A stretch of 64,000 nucleotides of DNA from an uncultured Candidatus Saccharibacteria bacterium (GCA_964567265.1 CAZMLK010000003.1:7800-71799), one strand, 5' to 3'; positions 39,194 through 49,272 are shown, counted from the first letter of the stretch. A program made the numbers and translations. Notes: a model not told the origin generated them from the sequence alone.

Positions 39194-40207
39194 ATGCAGC
39201 CAGAATCATCAAAAAATAAGAAAGTACTCATAACCGGCGGTAGCGGCTTTGTCGGCTACCACCTCGCGAACCATCTCCTTGATCAGGGCGGCTATGAGGT
39301 CGTGCTTGCTGATAACTTCTTCCGTGGCCGACGCGATGCCGATTTCGAAGCGCTCCTCAGGCGCCCGAATCTCTCGCTCGTCGAAGTCGATCTCACGAAA
39401 CGCGAGGATTGGGACCGGCTCGGCAGCGGCTATGATTTCGTTTACCATCTTGCGGCCGTGAACGGTACGCGCCTTTTCTATGAAATGCCGCATGAGGTGC
39501 TCCGCATCAATATCCAGAGCATGTTCCATGCCGCCGACTGGATGCGTGATATGAACACGGAAGGGAAGCTCCTCTTCACGTCATCGAACGAGTTGTATGC
39601 CGGTGCGCGCGAGGCTTTCGACATCCTTCCCATTCCGACACCAGAGCAGGTGCCAGCAGTCATTCCCGACATCGCGAATCCTCGCTGGACCTACGCGAGC
39701 TCGAAGCTGATCGGCGAGCAGATCTGCATCCATTACGCGAATGCCTACGGCCTCCGCGTCGTCATTGTTCGTCCGCACAATTTCTACGGGCCTCGGAGCG
39801 GCTACGATCACGTGATCCCGCAGCTCATCGCCCGGACGCACGCGAAGACCGATCCGTTCCCGGTCTATGGCATCGAGGATAAGCGCTCCTTCTGTTACAT
39901 CGAGGATGCGGTCCGCGCGATGCGCCTTGTTATGGAAGCGGAGCACACGAACGGCGGCACCTACCACATCGGTTCCCATGAGGAGCGTAAGATCCGCAAT
40001 CTCACGGAAACGCTCTTCAAGGTCATGGATTGGGAGCCCTCCCTGGTCCAGGAACATCCATCTCCAGCGGGAAGCGTGAAGCGCCGTCTTCCTGATATCG
40101 CAAAACTCCAGCGAGATGTCGAATGGGAACACGAGACTCCGTTCGAGGAAGGTTTGCGGAAGACCATCGACTGGTACCTCAAGAACCCGAAGCCTGAAAC
40201 AAAATAA
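39194..40207 (+). CDS. NAD-dependent epimerase/dehydratase-family protein
   Basis: VLITGGSGFVGYHL and YASSK (YxxxK). 337 aa. Confidence 0.8.
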   Translation: MQPESSKNKKVLITGGSGFVGYHLANHLLDQGGYEVVLADNFFRGRRDADFEALLRRPNLSLVEVDLTKREDWDRLGSGYDFVYHLAAVNGTRLFYEMPHEVLRINIQSMFHAADWMRDMNTEGKLLFTSSNELYAGAREAFDILPIPTPEQVPAVIPDIANPRWTYASSKLIGEQICIHYANAYGLRVVIVRPHNFYGPRSGYDHVIPQLIARTHAKTDPFPVYGIEDKRSFCYIEDAVRAMRLVMEAEHTNGGTYHIGSHEERKIRNLTETLFKVMDWEPSLVQEHPSPAGSVKRRLPDIAKLQRDVEWEHETPFEEGLRKTIDWYLKNPKPETK

Positions 40208-40244
40208 CAACAAACCCGCAGGATGCTTCTGCGGGTTTGTTGTT
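40206..40244. terminator. Bidirectional 16-bp perfect hairpin spanning both stops of a convergent pair
   Basis: AACAACAAACCCGCAG-gatgctt-CTGCGGGTTTGTTGTT. The plus-strand TAA is at 40205-40207 and the minus-strand TAA at 40243-40245. Confidence 0.6.
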
Positions 40245-40887
40245 AGCTGATGCGTGAGTGGAGCGACACCTCGCCGTCCTTGATGAGGATGATGTCACCA
40301 CTCTGATAGTCGGTTTCTCCGGAGATGATGCGGAGCGCGGTCGCGGCGATGATCGACGGGCTCTGCTTGGTCGCGGCGTCGCCTGCGATGCGGTCGCGCA
40401 TCGGGGTGTTTGTGGGTCCAGGGCAGATCGAGATGAATGAGAGTTCGGAGCGGTTCCGCGCCATGCCCTCTGCGAAGTTGTTCACGGCCGCCTTTGATGC
40501 GGAGTATGCTGCCGTCTTGCCGTTCGCGGTGATGCCTGCGGACGATGAGAGGAAGAGCATGCCGCCTCCAGGCACCAGATGCTTCAGGAATACTTTTGTG
40601 AGCGACACGATAGAAACAATGTTGATGTCGAAGGTGTCCGCGATCGCGCCTGGCTCCTGCTTCTCAAGATCGGTCTCCGTGTCGATGTATCCATGCGCGC
40701 AGACGATCCAATCGAGTGGCGCTCCTTCCTTCGCAATCCGCGCCTCCAGCTTTTCAATATCGGAGTACTTCGACAAGTCGGCATCTTCGCGGTGGATGGG
40801 AATCACCCGGTGCCCCTCGCTCTCAAGCGCCTCCCTGATTGCTGTCCCGATGCCGCCCCCCGCGCCCGTGAGAAGAATTGTTTTCAT
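40243..40887 (-). CDS. SDR-family oxidoreductase (short-chain dehydrogenase/reductase)
   Basis: ILLTGAGGGIG and YSASKAA (YxxxK). 214 aa. Confidence 0.8.
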   Translation of the reverse strand: MKTILLTGAGGGIGTAIREALESEGHRVIPIHREDADLSKYSDIEKLEARIAKEGAPLDWIVCAHGYIDTETDLEKQEPGAIADTFDINIVSIVSLTKVFLKHLVPGGGMLFLSSSAGITANGKTAAYSASKAAVNNFAEGMARNRSELSFISICPGPTNTPMRDRIAGDAATKQSPSIIAATALRIISGETDYQSGDIILIKDGEVSLHSRIS

Positions 40888-40973
40888 GCATTCAGTATGG
40901 CAGAAGGGGGCCGTGTGCTCCAGTAACTCCGGGTCATTGTCCTTCCGCCAGTGCTCGGATATAGTGGAATCCT

Positions 40974-42179
40974 ATGCAAACCACTGCCTGCGCACTCTGC
41001 TCCTCCACGGACGTGGCGCCCATCATCGACCTCGGATTCCACCCGCTTGCGGACACCTTCTTGAAGCCGGAGCAACTTGCTCTGCCAGAGCCGACCTACC
41101 CGCTTACGGTTGTCATGTGCCGTACCTGCGGCCATGCGATGGAGGGCTACATCGTCCCGCCCGAAGTCCGCTACCAGGAGAACGACTACAGCTACGACTC
41201 CGGGAACTCGAAAGTCTCGATCCAGCACTTCCAGGATTTTGCGAAGCAGGTCGGTGAGCAGTACACGCTCTCCGAAAAAGATCCGGTTGTCGATATCGGC
41301 AGTAATGTCGGCACCTTCCTCCAGGCATTCGAGAGCCAGTTCAAGACCCCGATATTCGGCGTCGAGCCCGCGCCGAATATGGCCAAGATCGCCGTCGAAC
41401 GGAATGTCCCCACACGCGCGACTTTTTTTGATGCAGCGGCTGCTGAAGAAATCAAGCAGAAGGGAGGTGCAAAGATCATCACCGCGACCAATGTCTACAA
41501 CCACATCGGCGATCATGTCGCGTTCCTCAAGGACATCGACACCGCGCTCCGAGAAGACGGCGTCTTCATCTTCGAAGCGCCGTACCTGAAGATGCTCGTC
41601 GAGAAGATGGCATTCGACACGATCTATCTCGAGCATACGTCGTACTTCGCAGTGAAGCCGCTCGCCGCATTCTATGCGGCGCACGGCTTCGCGATCACCG
41701 ACATCCAGACCAACGACTACATGGGCGGCTCGATGCGGGTCTCGGTCGCGCGCGGGACGGCGCATGCGCCCATCGTCGCCGACTATGTAACCAAGGAGGA
41801 AGAAATGCAGTTATTTGATACAGCCATGTATCAGGGATTCATGGAGAAGGTACGCGCGTTCAAGTTCGATCTCCTTGCGGAATTGATCGACGCGCGGAAG
41901 GCAGGCGGCAAGATCATCGGCATCGGCGCCGCGACGAAGGGAAACACGCTCCTTAATTTCTGCGGCATCGACAATGCTTTGCTCGAGTTTGTCACCGACA
42001 GCTCTCCCTTGAAGATCGGGAAGTACACTCCCGGTTCTCACATTCCAATTAAGCCGGACGAGGCGATCACCTCCGATATCACCCACGCCCTCATCCTCCC
42101 GTGGAACATCGCGGAATTCCTGAAGACCAAGCTCGGCCATCTGCCGGTAAAATTTATCACGCCTCATATGGAGGCCTAA
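40974..42179 (+). CDS. NDP-hexose C-methyltransferase-like enzyme (TylC3/EvaC-type: zinc-ribbon + SAM MTase + C-terminal C-MT domain)
   Basis: N-terminal CALC…CRTC zinc ribbon; VVDIGSNVGTF motif I; C-terminal domain ending IIGIGAATKGNTLLNF. Matches the sugar 3-C-methyltransferase architecture. Confidence 0.7.
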   Translation: MQTTACALCSSTDVAPIIDLGFHPLADTFLKPEQLALPEPTYPLTVVMCRTCGHAMEGYIVPPEVRYQENDYSYDSGNSKVSIQHFQDFAKQVGEQYTLSEKDPVVDIGSNVGTFLQAFESQFKTPIFGVEPAPNMAKIAVERNVPTRATFFDAAAAEEIKQKGGAKIITATNVYNHIGDHVAFLKDIDTALREDGVFIFEAPYLKMLVEKMAFDTIYLEHTSYFAVKPLAAFYAAHGFAITDIQTNDYMGGSMRVSVARGTAHAPIVADYVTKEEEMQLFDTAMYQGFMEKVRAFKFDLLAELIDARKAGGKIIGIGAATKGNTLLNFCGIDNALLEFVTDSSPLKIGKYTPGSHIPIKPDEAITSDITHALILPWNIAEFLKTKLGHLPVKFITPHMEA

Positions 42180-42188
42180 CAGAGACTT

Positions 42189-42593
42189 ATGAGGCTCGAA
42201 AAGAAACCCATCAATTTTGAAGACGCGCGCGGTACGATCCAGGACATCATCGTCGGCGAGCCGCGCGAGCACTGCACGATCATTTTCACGAAAGCAGGCG
42301 GCGTTCGCGGTAACCACTACCACAAGCAGTCCCAGCAGTCGGACTTCCTCGTGTCCGGGCACATGAAAGTGTATGGGCGGAAGAATAACGAAGGTGAGAT
42401 CGTCGAGGCTGATTTTTTCCCGGGTGACTATGTCGAGTGGGAAATGGGTGAATCGCACGCATTCGTTGCGGTTGAAGATTCGACCTTCATCACGTTCGTG
42501 AACGGCCCGCGCGGCGGTGAGAAGTTCGAGAGTGACGTATTCCGTCTCGAGAAGCCGCTCCAGGAGGAATTCGCTGAACAGAACGCAAAGTAA
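42189..42593 (+). CDS. Cupin-fold WxcM/FdtA-like dTDP-4-keto-6-deoxyhexose 3,4-ketoisomerase-like protein
   Basis: INFEDARGTI…RGNHYHK…SGHM: FdtA/QdtA-like pattern in a 134-aa cupin. Confidence 0.55.
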   Translation: MRLEKKPINFEDARGTIQDIIVGEPREHCTIIFTKAGGVRGNHYHKQSQQSDFLVSGHMKVYGRKNNEGEIVEADFFPGDYVEWEMGESHAFVAVEDSTFITFVNGPRGGEKFESDVFRLEKPLQEEFAEQNAK

Positions 42594-42622
42594 TACTGCG
42601 CCGCGCGCATTCGCACGTACTC

Positions 42623-43744
42623 ATGACCGCTCCTGAACAGAAACTCCGCGTGCTCGCGATCGCGCCCACCGCCATCCCGATGTCAGGCTGGGGCCGGTAT
42701 GCGTATGCAGTCAAGGCGGAGCTCAAAAAGCGCGGAGCGGATTTCACGCTCCTGGCTGCGACGCCGAATCCAAAGTCACCGAAAGCGCCGACCCTCTTTG
42801 CGTCGCGATCGCCTTTCTATTTCCTCTACAACATCTACATCACGCGGAAGCTCGCGCGGAAGGCTGACATCGTCCATGCGTTCGACATCTGGCCATTCGG
42901 GGTCTATGGATACTTCGCGACACTCGGGACCGGGAAGAAGCTCTTCATGACCGGTGTGGCGACCTACTCGATCGCGCCTGAAAAAAGAGGCGTGAAGCGG
43001 AAGCTGATGGAACTGGCATCCAAACGTGCGAAGGCGATCTTCTCGGTGAGCACCTACACCAAGATGCGGATCTACAAGCGCATGCCGACCGACAACAACT
43101 ATGTCGTCTATTGGGGCGCGTCCAGCATCCCGAATGTGTCTGCGGATCGGATCGCAGAACTGCGGACCGAATATGACATTCCAGAAACCGCATCCCCAAT
43201 CCTTCTTACTGTGGGGCAAATGAAGCATCGGAAAGGCCAGCTCGACGTAGTGCGAGCGGTAAAGCGGCTTCGTAGCAAATATCCGAACATCCTCTACACG
43301 ATCGTCGGCTCGAACTCCGACACGGCGTATGTCGAGAAGCTATACGCGTATATCGCCGAGAACGGGCTCGAGAAGAACGTGCGCCTGCTCTCGAACGTGC
43401 GGAGCGACGAGGAGCTCGCGTTCTTCTACACCATCGCCGACATCTTCCTTCTGACCTCGAACAACCAGGACGATCACTTCGAAGGCTTCGGGCTCGTGTT
43501 CCTCGAAGCGGAGCAATTCGGGAAGCCGGTCATCGGCACGAAGGACTGCGGCGTTGAAGAAGCGCAGCAGCCCGGGTACAATGGCTATCTTGTCCGCCAA
43601 GGGGACGACGCGGAAATCGCCGAGAAGGTCACGAAGATACTTGAGGGAGATACGAAGCTCTTCGGCGAGCACTCGAAGGAATTCGCAAGCCGCTTCACGT
43701 GGGCGAAGACCGTGTCTGAATACATCCGCCATTACCGTTCATAA
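42623..43744 (+). CDS. Glycosyltransferase, GT4 family
   Basis: EGFGLVFLEAEQFGKPVIGTKDCG. 373 aa. Confidence 0.85.
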   Translation: MTAPEQKLRVLAIAPTAIPMSGWGRYAYAVKAELKKRGADFTLLAATPNPKSPKAPTLFASRSPFYFLYNIYITRKLARKADIVHAFDIWPFGVYGYFATLGTGKKLFMTGVATYSIAPEKRGVKRKLMELASKRAKAIFSVSTYTKMRIYKRMPTDNNYVVYWGASSIPNVSADRIAELRTEYDIPETASPILLTVGQMKHRKGQLDVVRAVKRLRSKYPNILYTIVGSNSDTAYVEKLYAYIAENGLEKNVRLLSNVRSDEELAFFYTIADIFLLTSNNQDDHFEGFGLVFLEAEQFGKPVIGTKDCGVEEAQQPGYNGYLVRQGDDAEIAEKVTKILEGDTKLFGEHSKEFASRFTWAKTVSEYIRHYRS

Positions 43745-43753
43745 CATCACTTC

Positions 43754-44398
43754 ATGCGCGCACTCAGATTGACCATCCTTTCGTACATCCGGTATATGTT
43801 CGGCATCTACCAGCGCCCGACGCGGTACGATCATCTCTTCGAACATGTCGATTCCTTGAAGGCGAAGAACATCATGGAGATCGGCACGTGGAAGGGTGCG
43901 CGCGCGAAGGGGATGATCGAGACCGCGGCGAAGCATCGGCCGGTCGACGAGGTCCACTACTACGGATTCGACCTCTTCCATACGATGGATCCGGGTACCT
44001 ACACGAAGGAGATCTCCAAACAGCCGCCAAGCCGCGCGGAGATCGAAAAGGAGCTCCAGGCGACCGGTGCCGTCATCCATCTCTTCGAAGGGGATACGAC
44101 GAAGACGCTTCCAGCAGCAGTCGCAACCTTGCCGAAGATGGATTTCATATATATCGACGGCGGCCACAGCTATGAGACGATTTTGTCTGACTGGGAGAAT
44201 TCTGCGAAGCTGATGCATGAGACAACCGCAGTCGTCTTCGATGACTATTGGGAGAATCGGAAGGATGGTGCGGGACCGATCGTCGACAAGATCGACAAGA
44301 CCACGTACAACGTCGAGCTCCTGCCTGCGATGGACGTGTTCTTCAATCCTGATTTCGGACGATTGGTGATTCGTTTCGCGAAGGTAACGAAGAAATAA
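43754..44398 (+). CDS. Class I SAM-dependent O-methyltransferase (TylF/CmcI-like, Methyltransf_24)
   Basis: IMEIGTWKGA and FIYIDGGHSYE motifs. Confidence 0.65.
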   Translation: MRALRLTILSYIRYMFGIYQRPTRYDHLFEHVDSLKAKNIMEIGTWKGARAKGMIETAAKHRPVDEVHYYGFDLFHTMDPGTYTKEISKQPPSRAEIEKELQATGAVIHLFEGDTTKTLPAAVATLPKMDFIYIDGGHSYETILSDWENSAKLMHETTAVVFDDYWENRKDGAGPIVDKIDKTTYNVELLPAMDVFFNPDFGRLVIRFAKVTKK

Positions 44399-44445
44399 AC
44401 AAGCAAAAAAGGGCCGCCCCTTCGGGGCGGCCCTTTTTTGCTTGT
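44399..44445. terminator. Bidirectional intrinsic terminator
   Basis: AAAAAA-GGGCCGCCCC-ttc-GGGGCGGCCC-TTTTTT, palindromic including the flanks. Sits between convergent genes. Confidence 0.8.
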
Positions 44446-44450
44446 TTTCG

Positions 44451-45308
44451 TTACGCCGGCAATTTCGCGATGAGCTCGAAGGCGTCCTTGCGGACATGGC
44501 CTTTCTGGATCTCATCTTTCACCATCTGTTCCGTGATCGCGCCATCCTTGATCGCGTCCCGTACCAGCTCGAAGAAGAAGTTCTCGATGTTCTTGTCCGG
44601 GTGGGGAAGGTAGGTGCTCGACACCTTGCCCATGAGTTTCATAATCGGCTCCCGCGGGATGAATCCGGCGATCGGCGGCATGTTCCGCTCGAAGTCGATC
44701 GGCAGCCCGGTGCGCCATGGCTGCGTCTCGCGCTTCGAGGTATGGAGCATTTTGGTTTCGGGAGTGAGTACATCGATAGAGTTCCAGATGCGCGGCAACT
44801 CCTTCACTGTCGAGGGGTCGATCGAACGCATGCGGATGATGGTCGCGTAATCGATCTCCTTCTTCTTCAGTTTCTCGAGGTAGTCGGAGACCTTCCAATC
44901 GGTCAGCTTCGCGCAGTCGAGGAGCATCATGCTCGACTCGAACGAGCCCTTCGCGCTGCAGGCGGCGAGCGCCTTGCCTTCGAGGTCCATATCGAAAAGC
45001 TCGTGGATGTCGATCCGCGCGAAGATGTCGGGGTCGATCACGACCGCGCGGCCCTGGTAGCCCATTTTCTCTGGCGGCAGGAAGCGGGTCAGCGTGAAGG
45101 ACTGCAGGTCCTCAGGATCGTACTTCGTCATGACGCCGTCACGGATGTACTCGACGCCGATGAACTGCTTGAACATGGGGTCGTCGTCGACATTGAGAAA
45201 TTCGACGGGAATCTCCGAAGGATTCTGAAGCCGCTTCTGGATCGCGTACTTCGCGATGTAGGCGCCGAGGATCTGCTTGTTGTTGGCCTGGATGAATACT
45301 TTGTTCAT
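44451..45308 (-). CDS. Hypothetical protein, possibly a GT-A-fold (GT8-like) glycosyltransferase
   Basis: N-terminus MNKVFIQANNKQILGAYIA resembles GT8/GT-A starts; DxD-like DPD/DMD present. Weak assignment. Confidence 0.5.
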   Translation of the reverse strand: MNKVFIQANNKQILGAYIAKYAIQKRLQNPSEIPVEFLNVDDDPMFKQFIGVEYIRDGVMTKYDPEDLQSFTLTRFLPPEKMGYQGRAVVIDPDIFARIDIHELFDMDLEGKALAACSAKGSFESSMMLLDCAKLTDWKVSDYLEKLKKKEIDYATIIRMRSIDPSTVKELPRIWNSIDVLTPETKMLHTSKRETQPWRTGLPIDFERNMPPIAGFIPREPIMKLMGKVSSTYLPHPDKNIENFFFELVRDAIKDGAITEQMVKDEIQKGHVRKDAFELIAKLPA

Positions 45309-45509
45309 GGATGCTGTCCTAAGTTATGTGGCGATTATAACGTGCACGCACCGGAGTGGCGAGGGAATCCAGGGCATAGGGCCGTCTCTTGCGGCTTTCG
45401 ATTCTTCAGCGTTTAATGTGGAAGTCATTGATACCTCTTGAAACCAAGAGAACACCCACGTAGTTTCAGGTACATAGCCGCGTATTAGTATTCATTCATT
45501 CCCATCCTC

Positions 45510-46484
45510 ATGGCGCTCAAAAAAGCACTGGCCGGCGTCCTCCACAAGAAGCCATCCATGTACACCAGCTCGGTGATTCTGAACGTGCTCGGTGCGCAGC
45601 CGTTCCGCACGCTCTTCCTGTACCTCCGCATCAAGGGCCGTCCACAGACCCCGATTCCGAAAGAGTATGCTCCGGTACTCGCAGAGCTTGAAAAGAACGG
45701 CATCGTCGCTATCCCGAATTTCCTCAGTTCCGAAGACTACCAGAAGTTCAAGGCAGAATTCGACGCGCTCGCGCCGACCTTCCCGCCCGACTATTCAGAG
45801 ATCGCACTCCCGCATGTCGACCGCCTCTCGGTCCATGATGCGCGCGTCTCCGCGTTCACCAAGAATATCTTCCTCAACAGCCCGCTCATCAACTCGGTGA
45901 TGCGCTCGTACCTGAACCGCACCTATCATTTCCCGTACAGCGCCTACCTCACCAAGATCTACATCAACCAGGAAGAGCTCGACAAGCCGAAGAACGGCGG
46001 CACGAACAATCTCCACTTCGATGCACCGACCCGCGTCCTCAAGTTCTTCTACTACGTCACGGATACCACCGAGGAGAACTCCGCGCTCTACTACTGCCTC
46101 GGCACGCATCGCCGGAACTCGCTCTCGCGACTCTGGTTCGAGTACAAGCTCTCGATCCGTTATGCCATGAACAAGTGGAACCCGAACAACGAGGGCGAAT
46201 ACCTCGCTGCCGACCCGTGGGTGAAGCTGACGCCGGCAGAGATCGAGAAATACAACCTCAAGGAAACCGTGATGGCCGTGAAGGGGAACACGCTCGTCGC
46301 TGCCGATGTCGGCGCGTTCCACCGCCGTGGAGAATTCAAGAAGCCGGGCGTCCGCGAGACCGTCGAGATCAACTTCCGCGAGATCGAGACGACACGGAAC
46401 AGCTTCTATCCGCTCGAGAAGAAGGTGCTCGGCATGCTCGGAAAAGGAAAGAAAGCTCCAGCAGCGACCGGGGGCTCCATGTAG
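45510..46484 (+). CDS. PhyH-like Fe(II)/2-oxoglutarate-dependent oxygenase
   Basis: NLHFDAP supplies the HxD motif; a distal His sits in GAFHRRGEF; beta-strand-rich composition. Confidence 0.5.
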   Translation: MALKKALAGVLHKKPSMYTSSVILNVLGAQPFRTLFLYLRIKGRPQTPIPKEYAPVLAELEKNGIVAIPNFLSSEDYQKFKAEFDALAPTFPPDYSEIALPHVDRLSVHDARVSAFTKNIFLNSPLINSVMRSYLNRTYHFPYSAYLTKIYINQEELDKPKNGGTNNLHFDAPTRVLKFFYYVTDTTEENSALYYCLGTHRRNSLSRLWFEYKLSIRYAMNKWNPNNEGEYLAADPWVKLTPAEIEKYNLKETVMAVKGNTLVAADVGAFHRRGEFKKPGVRETVEINFREIETTRNSFYPLEKKVLGMLGKGKKAPAATGGSM

Positions 46485-46497
46485 TATAGAGAGCGTA

Positions 46498-47979
46498 ATG
46501 AGAGCCGCACGCAAATTCGGAAATCCGACACTCTGGGATTACCGGGAGCATCTGGAGTTGGTCGAACAAATCAACGGCCTCCGGCTCCGCGGCAAGCCGC
46601 TTTCGAACGCATTCGTGATCGACGGCTTCAATGCATGGCACTGGTACCAAGGCCTCTTGTTCGAGTCGGTGAAATGGCGCACGATCGACGGCATCACGCC
46701 GAGCCTCCATACGACCTCAGGGCGCGGATTCCTGCGCATCCTTTTCAATACTTTTTGTTTCACTGTCCTTTCTGTATTCGGATTCATCGCGGCGTATTTC
46801 CGGAAGCCGAACGTTTTCCTCTACAGCATCGATCTCTCAGCGACCTCCTTCCACGGCGACCAGCGGATCCTGCCGGTATACGAAGCGCTCGGAGAGACGA
46901 AGACCCCGTTCATCGAATGCTTCCATGCGGTGACCGCGAAGGGCGCCTTCATGCATTGGATCAAGCGCAGGAGGGCGACCCTGTACCTCGAAGGTGCCGA
47001 TTTCTTCTTCGCGCTCCGGAGTATGACGAAGCCAGGGAAGGAATTGGCGCTCTTCGGTGAGATCGACTTCTCGCGGATCGCCGAGAAGGATCGCGTCCTC
47101 GCGAAGGCGATCGTGATGAATCTCCTTGAGCGCATCGAGCTCTCGCGCTTCCGCGTGCGCATGCTTCGCAGAGTCTTCCGAGCGCTCCGAACCAAGGAGC
47201 TCGTCGCAATCGACGATCCGCGCTATGTGTGGGAGATGCTCGCGGCCGCGAAGGCTGAACGCATTCCTTCGACGCTCCTCCAGCACGGGCACTACACGCG
47301 CTACCACACCGGCTGGCGGCAGTTCCGCGAGAGCAGTACCGCGTATCTCTCGCCGGACCAGCTCCTCGTGTGGAGCGGGTATTGGGAACGGGAACTCGAG
47401 CAGATCGGCAGCGTATTCAAGAAAATCGTCGTTGCCGGCTACAAGAACGCGCTTCCGGATATTGCGGGGAAGGGTGCGGTCCATGAGCGACTCCGCATAC
47501 TCGTCCCCTATGAAGCGGTCGCGCCGAAGGAACATATCGGCGCATTCATCCGCGCGTTCATTGCTGAGCCGCGTATCCAGGTCTTCTTCAAGCCGCGGAA
47601 CGATGTGCCGCTTGAATCGCAGCTCGCCGAATACGGCATCCACGATGCGACAGAAATAACGATGATGCCGAACCTCTCCAAGAATCCGAGCGACGACATC
47701 GATCTCGCGGTCGGGACCTATACGACGCTCCTCTCGGAGCTCATCATGTACGGCGTGCCGGTCGCTCTCCTCGAGACCCCGATGGATTACGGAGACGGCC
47801 TCACGCGGAACGATATTGCAGGCGAGCTGGCGCTCGAACCAGAGCATTCGCTCTTCGCGCGCGCGGAGGCGCTTGCCGCGATTTCTGACATCGAGCGTGC
47901 CCGCCGGCGCGTCGTCATCGCCGGGGAAGGGGACCGCCGCATGGCAGATGCCATTGCGGAATATCTATCGCCTAAGTAA
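46498..47979 (+). CDS. Hypothetical protein in the glycan locus (possibly a TagF-like/GT-B polymer-forming transferase)
   Basis: 493 aa. The track start at 46306 overlaps the previous gene; ATG at 46498 chosen. No firm domain call; the assignment rests on context only. Confidence 0.55.
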   Translation: MRAARKFGNPTLWDYREHLELVEQINGLRLRGKPLSNAFVIDGFNAWHWYQGLLFESVKWRTIDGITPSLHTTSGRGFLRILFNTFCFTVLSVFGFIAAYFRKPNVFLYSIDLSATSFHGDQRILPVYEALGETKTPFIECFHAVTAKGAFMHWIKRRRATLYLEGADFFFALRSMTKPGKELALFGEIDFSRIAEKDRVLAKAIVMNLLERIELSRFRVRMLRRVFRALRTKELVAIDDPRYVWEMLAAAKAERIPSTLLQHGHYTRYHTGWRQFRESSTAYLSPDQLLVWSGYWERELEQIGSVFKKIVVAGYKNALPDIAGKGAVHERLRILVPYEAVAPKEHIGAFIRAFIAEPRIQVFFKPRNDVPLESQLAEYGIHDATEITMMPNLSKNPSDDIDLAVGTYTTLLSELIMYGVPVALLETPMDYGDGLTRNDIAGELALEPEHSLFARAEALAAISDIERARRRVVIAGEGDRRMADAIAEYLSPK

Positions 47980-48009
47980 AAGGACTTGCTCTCGCTGGTC
48001 CGTTCACTC

Positions 48010-49272
48010 TCAAACATTCTCTTTTGAGTGGAGGAAAAAATATGCCGAGAAGTAGAGTGCGAACACTTCGTACACCACGCGAGCGATGATGACACCCCAG
48101 AGTCCCCAAAGATACGCAAATCCTACGAGGATGAGTATCTTCGAGACAGCGACATAGATATTTGCTTTGTACAGGCTTTTGATCGAACGCTTCGCTTGGA
48201 GCGCGGTCGTGGTGAGGATGCTCACATAAAAAATGAGCGAGATCGAGAATACCTGCGAATAGGGGACCGCGTCCATGTACTGCGGAAAGAACATTTCATA
48301 GATATACGGCGCGGCAATGATGTAGGCGACGACGATCGGGAGGATGAAGAGCGCGAGCTGGAGCATCTTCTTGAAGATGCCGGCGCGGATCTCCTCGACG
48401 GTCTGGTTCGCGTATTTCGGAAGCGCGAGCTGCGGGATGTTCTTGAGCACGCCCTTGATCTGGGTCGGCACCGCGGTCGCGAAGGTGTAGATGGCGAGCT
48501 CGACCGAGCCGACGTGCTGGAAGACGATCACCTTGTCGATGTTGTCGGCGATGATGTTGAGGATGCTCATGAAGCTGAGGTGCTTGCTGTAGGAAAGCAT
48601 CTCCGCGTCCTGCGTCCGGGGCGGATTGTACGCGCGCACGGTGAGCCAGTAGCAGAAGAGGCTCACGATGAGATTCGATGCGAAATAGACCCCGACGATC
48701 GCGATCGGATTCGTCGTCACGAAGATTGAACCGACGAGGAAGATGGTCGGGATCACGTTCCGCATGCCTCCGTAGATGCTGCTCCGCCTGAAATCCTTCT
48801 TGCCATTGAGGAAGAATCCGTAGAGCCCAGATGAGTTCAGAAGGGGAGTCGCCGCCGCAGTGATAAGAAGCGACCATCCGAGCGTCGTGTTGCCCTGGAT
48901 GAAATAGTAGAGCGCGCCCGAGATCGCGACCGCGACCGCCGCGCCGCTCCACCTGAGGTTGATGAAGTAACCTTCGCGGAGCGTGCCGTCCTTGCCTTTT
49001 GCTACTGCCTGGAGGATCGCCGGCCCGAGACCGGTGAGAGAGAATGCGCCGATGATGCCGGCGACCGAGAGGATGTACTTGTAGACGCCGTATTCATGCT
49101 TCGGGAAGAAGTTGGCGAATGCGACACTGAGCGCGAAGCCGGATATGGTCCCGGTTATCTGGAGCAACGTCAGCCAAAAGCTGCCTTTCGCAAGGTAGAC
49201 CATATCTGTCTTCGTATAGGTCTCTGATTTGCGGAGGAGCCGATATGCGGTCTGGCGGATATTCTCGAGCAT
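48010..49272 (-). CDS. wzx: Wzx-type oligosaccharide flippase (MOP superfamily polysaccharide biosynthesis protein)
   Basis: About 12 TM helices with typical Wzx composition. 420 aa. Confidence 0.8.
   Translation of the reverse strand: MLENIRQTAYRLLRKSETYTKTDMVYLAKGSFWLTLLQITGTISGFALSVAFANFFPKHEYGVYKYILSVAGIIGAFSLTGLGPAILQAVAKGKDGTLREGYFINLRWSGAAVAVAISGALYYFIQGNTTLGWSLLITAAATPLLNSSGLYGFFLNGKKDFRRSSIYGGMRNVIPTIFLVGSIFVTTNPIAIVGVYFASNLIVSLFCYWLTVRAYNPPRTQDAEMLSYSKHLSFMSILNIIADNIDKVIVFQHVGSVELAIYTFATAVPTQIKGVLKNIPQLALPKYANQTVEEIRAGIFKKMLQLALFILPIVVAYIIAAPYIYEMFFPQYMDAVPYSQVFSISLIFYVSILTTTALQAKRSIKSLYKANIYVAVSKILILVGFAYLWGLWGVIIARVVYEVFALYFSAYFFLHSKENV

Noticed and set aside
44442-45416. 324-aa plus-strand ORF and the 46837..47847 minus-strand 336-aa ORF
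   Set aside because: Both are antisense to better-supported genes (44451..45308 and 46498..47979) and have Arg/Glu/Asp-rich artefact composition.
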